Assembly: GCA_048772705.1 (NCBI GenBank)
Contig: JBLWGC010000133.1
Coordinates: 149,531 to 213,530, forward strand
Direction: 5' to 3'
Length of the DNA stretch: 64,000 bases
DNA from: Leidyana gryllorum EB-2025a
Taxonomy: Eukaryota > Protista > Apicomplexa
A program made the position numbers and the translations under genes. A model generated the notes under the pieces. The model was not told the origin of the DNA and searched no databases. It saw only the letters and a list, made by a program, of their open reading frames with translations. Positions 10,939-24,125 of the stretch are shown piece after piece. Every line of letters begins with the position of its first letter. The first letter of the stretch is position 1.

Positions 10939-13232
10939 CTAACTCGAGCTGGTGGTAGGTGTCCCGAAAAGAGTGCTTCGCAACAGACTATCCCCACTAT
11001 CCCCCGCACTATCTGCCTGGGCCCCCCCTTCGCTGGCGGATTTGGTTGTCTCTAAGAGTTTGTCGAGTTTCCAACTGGATCGTGCCGGTCTGAGCTCCGG
11101 GAAGTCGTCAACAGTATCTTTGCGAATGAACGCGGAGGGTTGGCGGTCAGCCATGAGGTCAATTTCAGACTGACCCATCCGGCGGAATGGTCGGATTGCT
11201 AAGTTTATGTGATCGTCTCTCAATATCTCTTCCATGACACCCGGCTCAGCTCCATAGACGCATTCATCCAATTTATACGGTTTCTCACTCAGCGCTCCTA
11301 CATATTGTGGCTCTTCGGAGGCCAGCCGCGAGTCAACAAAGTAGTCAGCGCCGTGTCTGTATTTGAGGTTATCGGCTTCGAACTTCATTTGTTGGCCGAC
11401 CGTTCCCTTGATCATGTGCCGGACTCCCATTTCTTCACGACGTACTTCTCTCAAATGGTCTCGAAGGTGTTTCATCTCCTCCTTGTCGGTTCTCTTCCAC
11501 CACGGCTTGTACTCGCCGGGCACTTCCGAGTCGCTAGTGGTGCTGCTTGTGTCCTCCCCGCGTTCTCGTGCCTTTTGGATCGCCGAGGCCCGAGCTCTCA
11601 TCATCCGGAGTCGCTGTTGCACCTGGCGACGGACAGGATTCAAAAGATCCGTCACAGAACAGTATGGGGACTCGAACGTCATAAGGGTCGGCTGGGGGAG
11701 GTCCCCCTCGGCCTCTTCGTGGCCGTAGTGGGTATGATAGCCGACAACTTGATCAGTTATGAGATTGGCACCCGGCTTGGGCCGAAGTTTGCGAACCCTA
11801 TCGGTTGATGGTGAGTGATGTCATGGACTGGAAGAGCTAACTTACAGTGTCGAAGCAGTCTCTGCGGCTTCTTGATCAGCCAACAGGGCTTTGGCGGTCT
11901 CTGGAGGCAGCAATTCCGGCCGAAGATGCATGATGAGTACTCTGGCTACTTCACCAAAGGACACCATCACTTCGTCGCGCAGCTCAGGCGCTCTCTTCAT
12001 TTTGTGTGCCTCGATCTGATTGAGACCGGCGAGCAGCGAGTTGAGGTGCTGACGACTGACTTGGCTCTGAGGGGAACGGCACAACAGAGTGTCGGTGTCA
12101 AGTCGGGAGGAGAGTCGCTTACCAGTGATATCTGATCCGGGACCCAGACACGTTCGTCTGGAACGCCAGAGAAGTCATTATAGAATTTGAGTGCGAGATC
12201 CTTGCAGAAAGTGACCTCTTTTTTGATCATTCCAATGAACAGACGCAGAGGTCCCAGGAAGAGCTGTTGATCGTCGTTGAAAGATCCTTTGGTGGCGGCG
12301 TTTGAGCGTGGAGTGCCCTTTGGAGGGGGAGGAGGTGGCTGTGATTGTGTCTTGTTTGGAAAATAAAGTTGGCCGGGATTCTTGATGTGTTGCCATAAGA
12401 GCTGTGCGACTTCTTTGATTTGGTGTCCTGCCGCCTCGGCGGCATCGAGAACGTATTCGCAGGCCTCGTTGGGATTGTCGTGTGGAAGCGCAGGCAGATA
12501 GACATTGTCTTTGGTGGTGAGGGCGATGCGTTGATCGCCTTTTTCGAGCGGATCCTTGGAGGATTCGAGCGGGAAGAACCCAAAGGCGTGCCAGGCCAAG
12601 TAGCTTTTGGCACAGACTTTCTTGAGATCAGCCATATAACAAAGGCCGGATCCCAGAGGTTCCGATGACACTTTGTCGGCGAGTTGGAAGATGCCGTAGA
12701 CGAGATAGAGAATCTTCTCGAGATTCCGCAAATGGCCCCCAATACCTCTGCCGGTCTCCAGTTCATAGGGATACTGACAGAAACATCGATGACCTTTGAG
12801 TTTCTCCTCGCGTCGGAGTACTTTGACATACTCTTTATGCTGTTCGAGAGTCAACCCTGCGGCGTGGATCCCGTATTGATTACCCTCGTCGTCCCCCATC
12901 TCCTCCGCCCGTTCTTCGCGGAGCGTCAGATGACGTTGGGGGAGGTGGAAACACACCGGGCCGGGTGCCGGGGAGGGCGAGGCGGACTGCCACCAGCCAT
13001 AGAAGCCTTTGGACTCGAGGGCTATCTTCAGAGTGGGGGCCAGAGGGACCTCTTCATAGTCATCAGGTGGGTATTTGCGCGGGGGGATTCCCGGGAGCTG
13101 TTCAGGAGGGAGTTTGGGATTGGGGATATCGAGATTCGCGAGCTCGAGACGCTTCAAAGTAGCCTCCAGTGATTGTCTATCGACAACAGAGGTGGCAGAA
13201 GCTCTGCCATGGGATGGAGCGCTAGTGGACAT
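10939..13232 (-). CDS. Large hypothetical protein, multi-exon
   Basis: Long protein-like ORFs 11997-13232, 11842-12084 and 10939-11682 linked by GT-AG introns; no family recognised. Confidence 0.65.
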
Positions 13233-13261
13233 ATCGAGGAGCAGCGCTGCTCCATTGCCAT

Positions 13262-13575
13262 TCAGAGCTCTTTATTCAGTTGGGCAAGATAGTCATGGGC
13301 CAATTTGACTGCTCGTTCGGGTAATTTGGTTTCATAGTGTTTCAAACAATACTCAATCGGTCGTTTGGCCTCCGCGGTGATGTCTTTGGCGTCCAATTCC
13401 ATCCAAAGCAACCAATTGGCGCAAAACTTGTAGTCGGGTTCCGCTGGGATCCTTAGATCGGGGTCCTCCGCCACCTTGAAAACGCAGCTATGCACACGCA
13501 TTGGACACAATTTGGCCTTACCGACAATGCCAGCGATACCCACACAGCCTTAGACCAGAAGAAGAACAATCGCAT
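13262..13575 (-). CDS. Small secretory-pathway protein with signal peptide and KDEL-like C-terminus (NKEL)
   Basis: MRLFFFWSKAVWVSLALS|(GTAAGG...TTTCAAG)|VAEDPDLRIPAEPDYKFC...YCLKHY...LAQLNKEL*; an alternative in-frame ATG lies at 13608. Confidence 0.65.
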
Positions 13576-13631
13576 GGTGCACCTCACAGGTAGCTTCACC
13601 CGTCTCATCTTAGGGGTGCCACATGGTGACC

Positions 13632-13943
13632 CTAATTATTGCTGCTTGCGAGATACTTTGCAATGTGTTCCCGCCGTTTAGCGCGTTCAGCTGACATTGA
13701 GTAATTCCCAAAGAGAGGAATGACATCGCCAAAAGTCAGAATCCACCCGATACACACTGTGGCGAAAGCAAACAGGATCCCCATCCATATGGCCGGGATT
13801 AGTAATGCATATTTTCGGGCCGGAAAGTACCATTGCAGCTGCTGATCAGCGTCGAGGAATGGTGTAAACACCATCCAAGCTGCCCAATACGTGAACGCAC
13901 ATGTTGCCAAGATGATATATATTGGAGAGTTGTAGAGTGGCAT
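13632..13943 (-). CDS. DPM2: Dolichol-phosphate mannose synthase regulatory subunit DPM2
   Basis: Two TM segments with FTYWAAWMVFTPFLDADQQLQWYFPARKYALLIP, matching the DPM2 pattern. Confidence 0.8.
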   Translation of the reverse strand: MPLYNSPIYIILATCAFTYWAAWMVFTPFLDADQQLQWYFPARKYALLIPAIWMGILFAFATVCIGWILTFGDVIPLFGNYSMSAERAKRREHIAKYLASSNN

Positions 13944-13971
13944 TAGGACACAAAAAAAGAGCGAGTGAGAG

Positions 13972-16885
13972 ATGAATACATCCTCCTCTGTACGTTGGCA
14001 CCCCCGCCGCCCAGTAGTCAAGCAAACCCCCTCAACGCCTTTGTTTCAACCATACATTCCACATCATGAATACAGAGAGAAAGTGGCTCGAGGCGAACTT
14101 GTCAAAGGTGTACTCCATGTCAACATCAAAATGCCCAATGACGCCTTCGTGAGAGCCAAAGGACCCTACATGCGTGTTCAAGATGAGGATGACTACACCG
14201 CGTACGATGAAGACGTCTTCGTCTCTGGGCTCATTCCGCGCAACCGCGCCTTCCATGGGGACACTGTTGCCGTCGAGGTAAGCAACACCCACCTTCTGAC
14301 CCAAATTGCCGCCGTCACAGCTGCTTCCCATGGAGCAATGGAAGTCCTTGAGCGTCAACGAAGATCCAAACTCGCCCCCAACCGATCCAAAGCCAACTGG
14401 CCAAATCGTATATGTGGACAAGAAGGAGCATGAGGGCTGTATGAAGGGGTATTTCGCCGTATTGCGGAGTAATCGCAGTCAGACAGACAACAGGGACCTG
14501 GAAGCCTCACGAGGTGACGAATTCCGCAGCGATCTCTATGTCAACTGGAAAACCGATCCCCGGATTCGCGCTGTCCCCATAGACCGTCGCATTCCATGGA
14601 TGGTTATACCTGTCAGCGACATTGCGGCTTCTTCGGACTTCCAACATCTTCTCGAATCTGAGAATTTACCCGAATTCACTGTATTTGTGGTCTATATGAA
14701 CCACTGGAAGGAATCCGCGCGGTTGCCAGAAGGACGGATTGACTCCGTCATCGGCGAGCTCAATACGGTCGCTACCTGCGAATATGTAAGTGTGTGTCGA
14801 TTGGTGTCTCCTGCGGAAACCGTCATCGTGTGCCCTTTCCGTTTCCGAACGCTGTTCACTGGGGCAATGATGGGCGTAAACCTTTCTGTATCCTTCAGAT
14901 GGCTATGCATCAATCGGCTGGACTGGTAGCGGACCACATGAATTGCTTCACTGAGGAGGTGGAGAAGAATGCGGAAGAGCTGATTGCTACTGAGCAGGCC
15001 GGTCGCAGGCAGCCGGGGCGAGTGAACCTCAGGAGTAAGTGGGAGAGATTTCAGTGAATGGTGATTGATGCGTTTCTTTTCATTGTGCAGATGAGCGGGT
15101 GATTACCATTGATCCCACAACCGCGAAGGATTTGGACGATGCCATTCACGTGAAGCGCATAGAAGACGCTCGAGAGGGTCGTCATTTGGAGATCGGCGTT
15201 CATATTGCAGATGTCAGCTATTTTTTGCCCTATGGCTGCCCTGTGGATACAGAGGCTCGGAGACGGACGACCACAGTGTATCTGCCGCACAAAGCGTTTC
15301 ACATGTTGCCGCGATCGTTGTGTCAGAACGTGTGCTCGCTGAATCCTGGGGTGGATAAGCTAACGTTCTCTTGTATTTTCTATTTGGATTATGAAGGGCG
15401 GTTGTTGGAGAAGAAGCCGCCAAAGTTCTTTCGATCTTTGATCCAAACTAAATATCGTTTGAATTACGACGAAGTACAGAATATTCTGGAGAAACATCGC
15501 CCTGAGATCGCTGGGAAAAAGGATGCTTTGGCACCAATTGTGTATTTGGTGCCCGATGTTGACGTCGCTGACTCAAAGCTTGAAAGTCCAGAGCATCCCG
15601 AGTATCCAGTAGCTGATCTCACAGCTGATTTGTTGCTGCTGGAACAGGTCACCCAGAAGCTGCGGGCCCACCGATTTGAAAATGGGGCTCTGGAATTACA
15701 TAAAGTGCAATTACGCTTCGTTTGCGATCCCGATAGTAACTTGCCTATGTCAGTTGCTGTCGACCCGCATAACGCCTCACATGAACTTATAGAAGAGCTT
15801 ATGCTCATGGCGAATCGTTTGGTGGCAAAGAAGCTCATGACAGGCTACTACGGCCCGTGGGCAGTTCTTCGGCACCATCCTCCACTTCTAAGCCAGAAGG
15901 CTGAGAAGGTGGCAAGACAGCTCAAGAAACTCGATCTTCCTGTCCACGAGCTTCACAATGCCGGGGGAGTTCATAAGATTATCACCACAGCGTATAAGAA
16001 GAAGGGCAAACGAGTGGCGATGGCAGTCGAGCAGATTATCATTGAAGCCATGTGTCTTGCCAGATATGGCGTCTTGGACCAAGAGAACTTTGAACCCTTC
16101 CATTTTGGACTCTCCTTTACGGAATATACACACTTTACCTCCCCCATTAGGTGAGCCGTCAATCTTTGACGGATGTTAATCGTTCCTTCTCAGGCGATAT
16201 CCCGATGTGTTGGTACACCGCTTGCTGGATTTGACTCTGCGAGCGGAAAAAGGTGGTCTTGTTAAGCCATATAAGAGGATCGCCCACGAGGATCTTCCTG
16301 AGCTTCGCTCCCAAGGCTTGGAGTTTTGTGATCTGGAGTCCTTACTCATGACGTGTAACGATAAGAAGGAGGCTGCCAAGAAGGCGGGCGAAACGGGAGC
16401 TGAGTTTTGGCTCCTGATGCACCTCTCAGCCTTGCCTGAGCCGCCTACAACACTCGGAACCGTTCTCGAGGTGGCTGACAAATCCATCCTAATATTCGTT
16501 GCTGAGTTCAATGCGAAATCCAGAATAGAATACTCTATGGTTGGATGGGATACCGACCGCGTGAAGATGAAGCTCCCGAAGAAATATGAGGTGGGTGAAC
16601 TCCGACCATATCGGCTCAACATTGTGTGTGTACGTTTCTGAACAGTCGCAGATCGATCTTCCGTCCTCCTTCTCTCTGACCAAGGTGGGCGAAGCTGTGG
16701 ACATTCACTGGTCGTCGGGAGCTACGCAGCATGTCGAGCAGTTTGGCTATATTCCGGTCTGGTGCATACCCACCCGAGAAGTACCGATGAAAGTTCAAGT
16801 TTTAGCGCTAAACCCGGCACATCCCAAATTCCAGTCGATGGTGGCCCTTGAGAAAAAGTTGACAGCCGTGAGGCATAAAGATTGA
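13972..16885 (+). CDS. DIS3L2: RNase II/RNB 3'-5' exoribonuclease lacking a PIN domain (DIS3L2-like)
   Basis: Cold-shock region RNRAFHGDTVAVE; catalytic IDPTTAKDLDDAIH; GVHIADVS, LIEELMLMAN, HFGL...YTHFTSPIR|RYPDVLVHRLL. Confidence 0.85.
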
Positions 16886-16912
16886 GCCTTAGTTAGTGCC
16901 AAAAAAAGTGCG

Positions 16913-19900
16913 ATGGAAAGCGATACCATGATGGAAAGCCCTGCTAAAGTCGCCGGTAATGTCGATATGGACTTGTATTCACGCCAGTTGGGCGCCTATG
17001 GTCTGGAAACGATGAGCAAGTTGGTCGGCCTCAAAGTCCTCATGACTGGACTCCAAGGCGCCGGTGCCGAGACAGGTAACATTGCGTGTGTGTATTTGTG
17101 CTGTGACTTATATTGGGTTGTGTAACACAGCAAAGAATTTGATCCTGGCCGGTCCGGGCTCTGTCACCATTCACGATGGGAGTCTGGTGGATGTGAGTGA
17201 CTTGGGGTCGAATTTTCTGCTCCGTCAAGAAGATGTTGGGAAGCGCACACGTGCGGAAGCGAGTTTGGAAGGGCTTCGAGCCTTGAATCCCTACGTGAAT
17301 GTCCAACTGCATCGTGGATCCATCAACGAGCAAATCATCAGTCAACATAATGTTCTGATCGTTTGCAATATGACTCGACAGAAACACAACGAGTTCAACG
17401 CGATTTGTCGAAGACACAATGTTGGCTTCATCTCCATGGGAGTATTTGGCTTGGCCTGTTACGTCTTTGTTGACTACGGAAAGGAGTTCACTGTGACGGA
17501 CCCGGATGGTGAAGAACCTAAACAGGTTATCATTGAGTCTGTGATATCAAGCGGGAAATCAACCACCATCAATTGTGTGGATGAGAAGCGCTTGCCATTT
17601 CAAAATGGTGAATACATCACTTTAAGCGAAATCGAAGGAATGGATGCTCTGAATCACTTGGGACCTATTCAAATAGGACGCTGCGCGAAGCACTCATTCG
17701 AAATTGAAGTGGACTCGTCCAAAATGGGCACCTACATCAAAGGTGGTCTCGCCCGCCAGGTGAAACGTCCCCGAACAATGGCTTTTCGCAGCTTCCCAGA
17801 AGCTTGCGACAGACCTATTCCGAGTGGCAGCGAGATTCCGTGCCTCATCACTCCCGACTTGGGGAAGTTTGGTCGTAGTGAACAGCTGCACATCGCCATG
17901 CAGGCGTTGTGGGCCTATGATGCCTCCCACGAATGCCTTCCAGAGCCTCGAGATCCCACTGCTTGTACTCAAGTGTACCGTCTGGCTGTGGAAATCAATG
18001 AGAAATACAAATCTCTGATTAAGGAAGGCAAAGGTGACGGTGTTATATCTGTGGAAGAGGTTGACAAGTCAATCTGTACAAAGTTGGCTAGTCACGCTCT
18101 TTGCCACATTTCACCTATGGCAACATTCATAGGTGGCGTAGTGGCTCAGGAAGTCATCAAGTACACTGGAAAATACACTCCCCTTCATCAATGGCTGTAC
18201 TTTGATGCTTTCGAGATTCTCGAAAATCTGCCATCGACCTTTGAAGAGCATCCGGAAGACTTTACTCCAAAGCACTGCCGAACTGATGATCAAATTCTGC
18301 TTTGGGGAACCAAAGTTCAGAGCATCTTGGAGAATCTCAACGTCTTCTTGGTGGGTGCTGGAGCCTTAGGTTGTGAATATCTGAAAAACCTGGCAATGCT
18401 CGGCGTGGCTACGGCTCCAGGAGGCAAGGGACTAATCTCGGTAACTGATATGGACCGCATTGAAGTATCGAATCTCAATCGACAATTCCTCTTCCGACGC
18501 CAGCACGTGGGCAAGCCCAAGTCCCTGACTGCGGCTGAGGCCATCAAAGCGATGAACCCGAACATCAACGTCAAGGCCATGGAGACGCGGGTTGGAGTGG
18601 AGACTGAAAATATTCTTACTGACGAATTCTGGGATGGACTGGATATCGTCGTCAATGCCCTCGATAACATTCCGAGCCGTTTGTACGTGGACGGAAAATG
18701 TGTGTGGCACCTCAAGCCCCTCTTGGAATCTGGTACTCTTGGCACAAAAGGCAACGTGCAAGTTGTCGTCCCAGAGAAGACTGAGTCGTACGGTGACTCT
18801 CGTGACCCTCCTGAGGAGTCCATCCCGCTCTGTACACTCAGACATTTCCCTAATCAGATTGAACACACCATCGAGTGGGCTCGGGACCTCTTCCAGGGCT
18901 ATTTCACGGATGCTGTGCAAGAAACCCAAAAGGTGGTGGCCGACCCCGAACAGGCGCTCAAAGCTCTGAACACCACCGTCGGGTCAGCCTCGCAGAGGCG
19001 CACTCAACTGGAAAAGATTGCGAATCTGTTAGAAGTGACCGCTCCCAATCCAACCTTCGATAAATGCGTCGCATTCGCCGCAAACCAATTCCACTATCTT
19101 TTTAACACGGATATCGCTCAGTTGTTGTACAACTTCCCCCTCGATCACGTCACCAGCAATGTAAGTACTGTGACTGACTATCTCATGGCGGTCTCTCTGT
19201 GCAGGGAGTGCCCTTCTGGTCCGGACCCAAGCGAGCTCCACACATCTTGGAGATGGATCCGAATGATCCGCTCCACAACAGCTTCTTGTTGGCAACAGCC
19301 AACCTCGTGGCCGAGTCTTTGGGTATTGCACAAGTTCGGGACCCACAGAAGGTGGCCGAGTTGGCCAAGAAAGTCCAATTGGCACCTTTCCAACCACGCA
19401 AGGTAGTGATCAAGACAGATGATAACGACAACACAGCTGATGAGGCTTCTTCCGTGGGAGGTGGCGATGATGAGAGGATGTGTGCTGAGCTGGAACAGCG
19501 CATTCGAGATTTGGTGAAGGGTGTGCAAAGCCAAGGCGTTCAATTGTCACCTGCTGAATTCGAAAAGGACGACGACACCAACTTCCATATCGACTTTGTC
19601 ACTGCTGCTGGGAATCTGCGTGCCCGCAACTACTCGATCCCCGAGGCTGAAAGATGGAAGGCCAAGATCATCGCAGGCAAAATTATCCCTGCTGTGGCGA
19701 CAGCCACCGCCATGGTGACCGGTCTGGCCACTCTGGAGCTGATCAAAATGGTGACGCGCGAAAAGCGACCCATGGAGCACTTCAAGAACTCCTTTGCTAA
19801 CTTGGCACTTCCCGAATTCATGTTGGTCGAGCCAATGCCACCGAAGAAGACTGTCGATAGCGACTATGATCCCATCGTTGGGGGAGCGGTGCGAGCAAAG

Positions 19901-20306
19901 CCCAATGGGTTCACCAGCTGGGACAAAGTGGAGGTGGACTGCCGAGGGGCACCCTTGCAAACATTGGTGGACCAGATAGAATCGAAGTTTGAGACTGAAG
20001 TGAGCATATTGTCAGCAGGCAATCTGTGTTTGTACAACGCGTACGACCGAAGTCAGAAGAGTCGGTTGCAGGAGCCAATGAAAGCCGTAAGTTGTGTGAA
20101 TAAATTGATGGTGGAAACACGTGTGTGGTATTGCGCGTCTCGGTGGCTTGTTTTATGATATCTTGGCCATCTCCTATTATTCGCAGCTATTGGAGCGGTT
20201 GACCAAAGAAGAGTTGGCGAAGAACTACGCTATTGTCCAGGCCTGTTGCACTGATTCGGACGGGACTGACGTGAGCATTCCCACCATCAAGTGTTACTTC
20301 GTCTAG
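16913..20306 (+). CDS. UBA1: Ubiquitin-activating enzyme E1
   Basis: LYSRQL, VGAGALGCEYLKN, DMDRIEVSNLNRQFLFR, catalytic IPLCTLRHFP, FEKDDDTNFHIDF, IAGKIIPAVATATA. Confidence 0.97.
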
Positions 20307-20325
20307 CTTTTCCGGTCTTTGATGA

Positions 20326-20877
20326 TCATTTCTTTTCCTGATCGGATGACGCCATTAACCATTGCGCCACTTGCCTCAACCGCGAGGCAGTTGGTAACGT
20401 GTAGTCAGCGTGTGAGCCGGCTTGTTTCTCCCATTCGCTGTAGCCCAAAATCGGTGTGTACTCCGCAAAGGAAGGCTTGCTTACCATAGTCGGCGTTTTG
20501 CATACTCCTCCTTGTCAAAGTGATAGGGATTGTTGAGAAGCGGTGTAGGTAGTCCTTGTACCATCGTACTGCCAGCTGTTATGAGTGACAACCCTCCCAC
20601 AACAAATGCGACAAGGTATAATCTGTAGTGTTATGTACGATGATTAGGACCACAGTACATGTAGGTAGGCTAACCGGGAAGCATAAGAGCCATCAGACAT
20701 GAAGACGCCAAATGGGCCCGATTGTCGATCAGCCAGATCGGACATAGCTAGGTCGATAGTATAAGCTGATTGTGGGGGGGGCTTACTTCTGCGTCGAGAG
20801 AGCTGCGCTCCCAAAACGAGCAGTAGGAGTGTTCCAGTAGTGACTAAGAGCCATCCAAGACGCTTGAGGTTTGCCAT
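20326..20877 (-). CDS. Hypothetical two-TM membrane protein, three exons
   Basis: MANLKRLGWLLVTTGTLLLLVLG...YASR|LYLVAFVVGGLSLITAG...YAKRRLC|EWEKQ...DQEKK*, with phase-consistent GT-AG introns. Confidence 0.55.
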
Positions 20878-20924
20878 TCTTCTTTGGTGTTGGACCAAAA
20901 ATTTAAGTCATCAAATTTTGCCCC

Positions 20925-22778
20925 ATGGCCTCTCTGCACAGTGTCAACCCCAAGGCAGACCTGTTGCGCCACAGCCAGGTGAGTAGCGGACGTTACAATG
21001 AGTGTATTACATACATACGCAGGCGTTAGCGGCAAATGTGAATGCCGCTCGAGGGCTGCAAGAGGTGTTAACTAGCAACTTGGGCCCAAAGGGGACCCTT
21101 AAGATGCTGGTGGGAGGAGCCGGGCAGATCAAGACAACCAAAGATGGCAATGTGCTCTTGAAGGAAATGCACATTCAGCATCCTGTGGCTGCTCTGATTG
21201 CCAGGGCCGCCGGCGCACAAGATATTGTGACCGGCGACGGTAGTACGAGTGACGTTCTGGTTATGGGTGAATGCCTCAAGATAGCGGAGCGTTTGATTGA
21301 GCAGTCTGTGCACCCCAGACTCCTCTGCGCCGGTTTGGATCTCGCCCGAGAGGAAGCCATAAAGTTTCTGGAGAAGTACAAACGCCCAATGCCACAAATC
21401 GGCAGTGATCGTGAACTGATGGAGAACATTGCTCGTTGCTCTCTTGCCACCAAACTCGAGTCAAACTTGGCTGAGCAGCTCACTCATATACTGGTCGACG
21501 CCATCCTGTGCATCATGGGACCTAACTGGGAGAAGGTGAGCTTTTATACGCCTACAGTACCGAAACATCATCGTTCCCTTTCACAGGACTCTGAGGAAGG
21601 CCGCATCCCTCTGGACCTCTTCATGATTGAGGTTCTGGCTATGAAACAGGGGCTCAGCAATGAGACCCGTTTCATCCGCGGAATGGTGATGGATCATGGG
21701 TGCCGTCACCCTGATATGCCCACTCACCTCAAACGATGCTATGTGCTCACTTGCAACGTCTCTTTGGAGTACGAGAAGACTGAAGTCAACTCTGCTTTCT
21801 TCTACAGCTCTGCTGAACAACGCTCTCGCCTCGCAGAGGCCGAGCGTCGGTTCACTGATATGAAGGTCCAGAAAATCATTGACCTAAAACGTCAAGTTTG
21901 CACTGAAGACAACAAGTGCAACTTTGTCATCTTCAACCAGAAGGGCATTGATCCCCCCAGTCTCGATATGCTCGCCAGAGAAGGCATCATGGCTCTCAGA
22001 CGGGTCAAACGCCGTAATATGGAAAGATTGACTTTGTGCTGTGGTGGTAATCCTGTGAACGCTGTGGACGACCTGAGCGCTGAGGACCTTGGATTTGCTG
22101 ATTCTGTTTGGGAAATATCGATGGGTGATGAGAAATATACTTTCGTGGAAGGCGTCAAAGACCCTCGCAGTTGCGCTATACTCATCAAGGGCCCGACCGA
22201 CCACGCAATCGAACAGGTAAATTCGTGTGCACACACTTTCGGGGAGGCAAAGTTGTGTGTGCAGATCAAAGATGCCATCCGCGATGGTCTGAGAGCTGTA
22301 CGGAATGCTCTGGTTGACAAGGCTTTGGTGCCAGGTGCTGCGGCTTTCGAAGTTGCGTGCTGCGAGCACTTGAAAGAGTATGCCGCTAATGAGGTGTCTG
22401 GCAAAGCCAAGATGGGTGTAACGTTGTTTGGCGAGGCATTGTTGGCAATTCCACGGGCCTTGGCTAAGAATGCAGCTTGGGACCCACAGGTACATAACTT
22501 GCAGTGGGTTTTTGGCTTCAACAATTGGTGTGTTTTGACAGGACTCTCTGTTCAAAGTGGAGGAGCGGTACCGGGAGCTGAAGAAGGGTCAGCAAGATGA
22601 TTTGGTGGACGTGGGTTTGGATCTTCAGACTGGCGAGACGTGTTGTCCTTCGTTGAAGGGTATTTGGGATTCAGTATCAGTGAAGAAGCAAATGATTGTG
22701 TTGGTGACTACTCTTGCAGCCCAATTACTCTTGGTGGATGAAATCATCAAGGCGGGCAAACAAATGGGCCGTGGCTGA
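20925..22778 (+). CDS. CCT6: Chaperonin CCT/TRiC subunit zeta
   Basis: MASLHSVNPKADLLRHSQ|ALAANVNAARGL, NLGPKGTLKMLV, TGDGSTS, DHGCRHPDMP, SLEYEKTEVNS, LLVDEIIKAG. Confidence 0.96.
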
Positions 22779-22821
22779 TTCTGTCGTTTTGATTGCGGAC
22801 GGCACAGCGAGTGAGCTACTA

Positions 22822-24067
22822 TTAGAACAGGTTCTGTATGCTATCACGTTGTTCGGCCGTCAATGAGCTGCAAGCTTGATGTATCGCTGTGTGTTCATAG
22901 ACTTACGTGGGGAATTTGATGTCGAACTCGACGATGAGATTCCCTTTGAAATCACTCCGTTTGTGATGCGGCATTCCTGTGGTAACATTCGGAGTTGGGG
23001 TGGGTAGTGGGACTTTGGTAGACATACCCTCTCTAGCGAACTCTTTTCTTGTGGAAGGAGTGATAACACCCGGTACTCGTTCTCTCAAAACGCGGCCATC
23101 CAGATGATTGATGAATATTACTGTGCCCAATAAGGCCTCTTTGAGGGTAATCGAGGCTTTGTAGAGGAGATCGTTTCCTTGACGTGTGAACTTCGGGTGC
23201 GGTTTGGCTTTGACGACGAAGACAATATCGCCAGGGGGCGATCGAGGATCTTCTTGATCGCCCTCTTTGGCGTAGGTCAGACGTGTGCCGTCTTTCCAGC
23301 CGGCGACGACTTTGATATCCAGCGTCTTTTCGTCATGGCGTTTCTGCCCGGTGGGAGACCACCGCACACGCGTGACTTTCATGCGTTTCTGGCAGCCGCT
23401 GAAGAGGAGGATTTTAGCGCTCAGACTGTCGAGAGAAGGTGTCTCACGTGTAGAGCTCCTCGAGTGTGACATTCAAGTCCACTGAGTAACTTTTGGGTTG
23501 GGGTGGCCGTCTGCTACCACCCATGCCCATGCCGCCAAACATGTCGTCTCCCATCTCACCACCGAAGATACCCCCGGGAGTTCCAGACATGAAAACGCCA
23601 CCACCCATGCCACCCATCTGGTCGGGCGCAAATGGATTGCTGGAGCCAAAGAATTGCGCAAACAACTCAGACGGATCGACCCCTGCGCATCACCAAGTGT
23701 TCAGTGACACTTTGAAGCTCTGACTGACCTGTGTAAACGAAGTTCCTTCCTCCACCGCCCTCAAACACACCGCCACCCGGACCCACTCCTTGTTTGAGTC
23801 CATCTTCACCAAATTGATCATATATTTTACGCTTCTCCGGATCAGAAAGAACGTCGTAAGCTTCTGCAATATCCTTGAACATCTCCTCCGCTCGTTTCTT
23901 AGCCGCCGCGTCTGGGTGCTTGTCCGGGTGCCATTTCATGGCCAACTTCCGGTATGCCTTCTTCAGCTGGTCGGCAGATGCATCTTTGGGAACATCTAGG
24001 ATTTTGTAGTAGTCCTAACACCACTCATTTACACCACCTTTCGTCCACAAACTCTTACTCTGCCCAT
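22822..24067 (-). CDS. Type II Hsp40/DnaJ co-chaperone (Sis1/DNAJB-like)
   Basis: MGR|DYYKIL...[10 protein letters not shown] domain; G/F- and G/M-rich linker; C-terminal [10 protein letters not shown]...PGDIVF...[13 protein letters not shown]. Confidence 0.92.
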
Positions 24068-24125
24068 CTTAATGGTACGAGACTATGTGTTCAACTTGAA
24101 AAAAAAACTCAAAATAACAATCATC

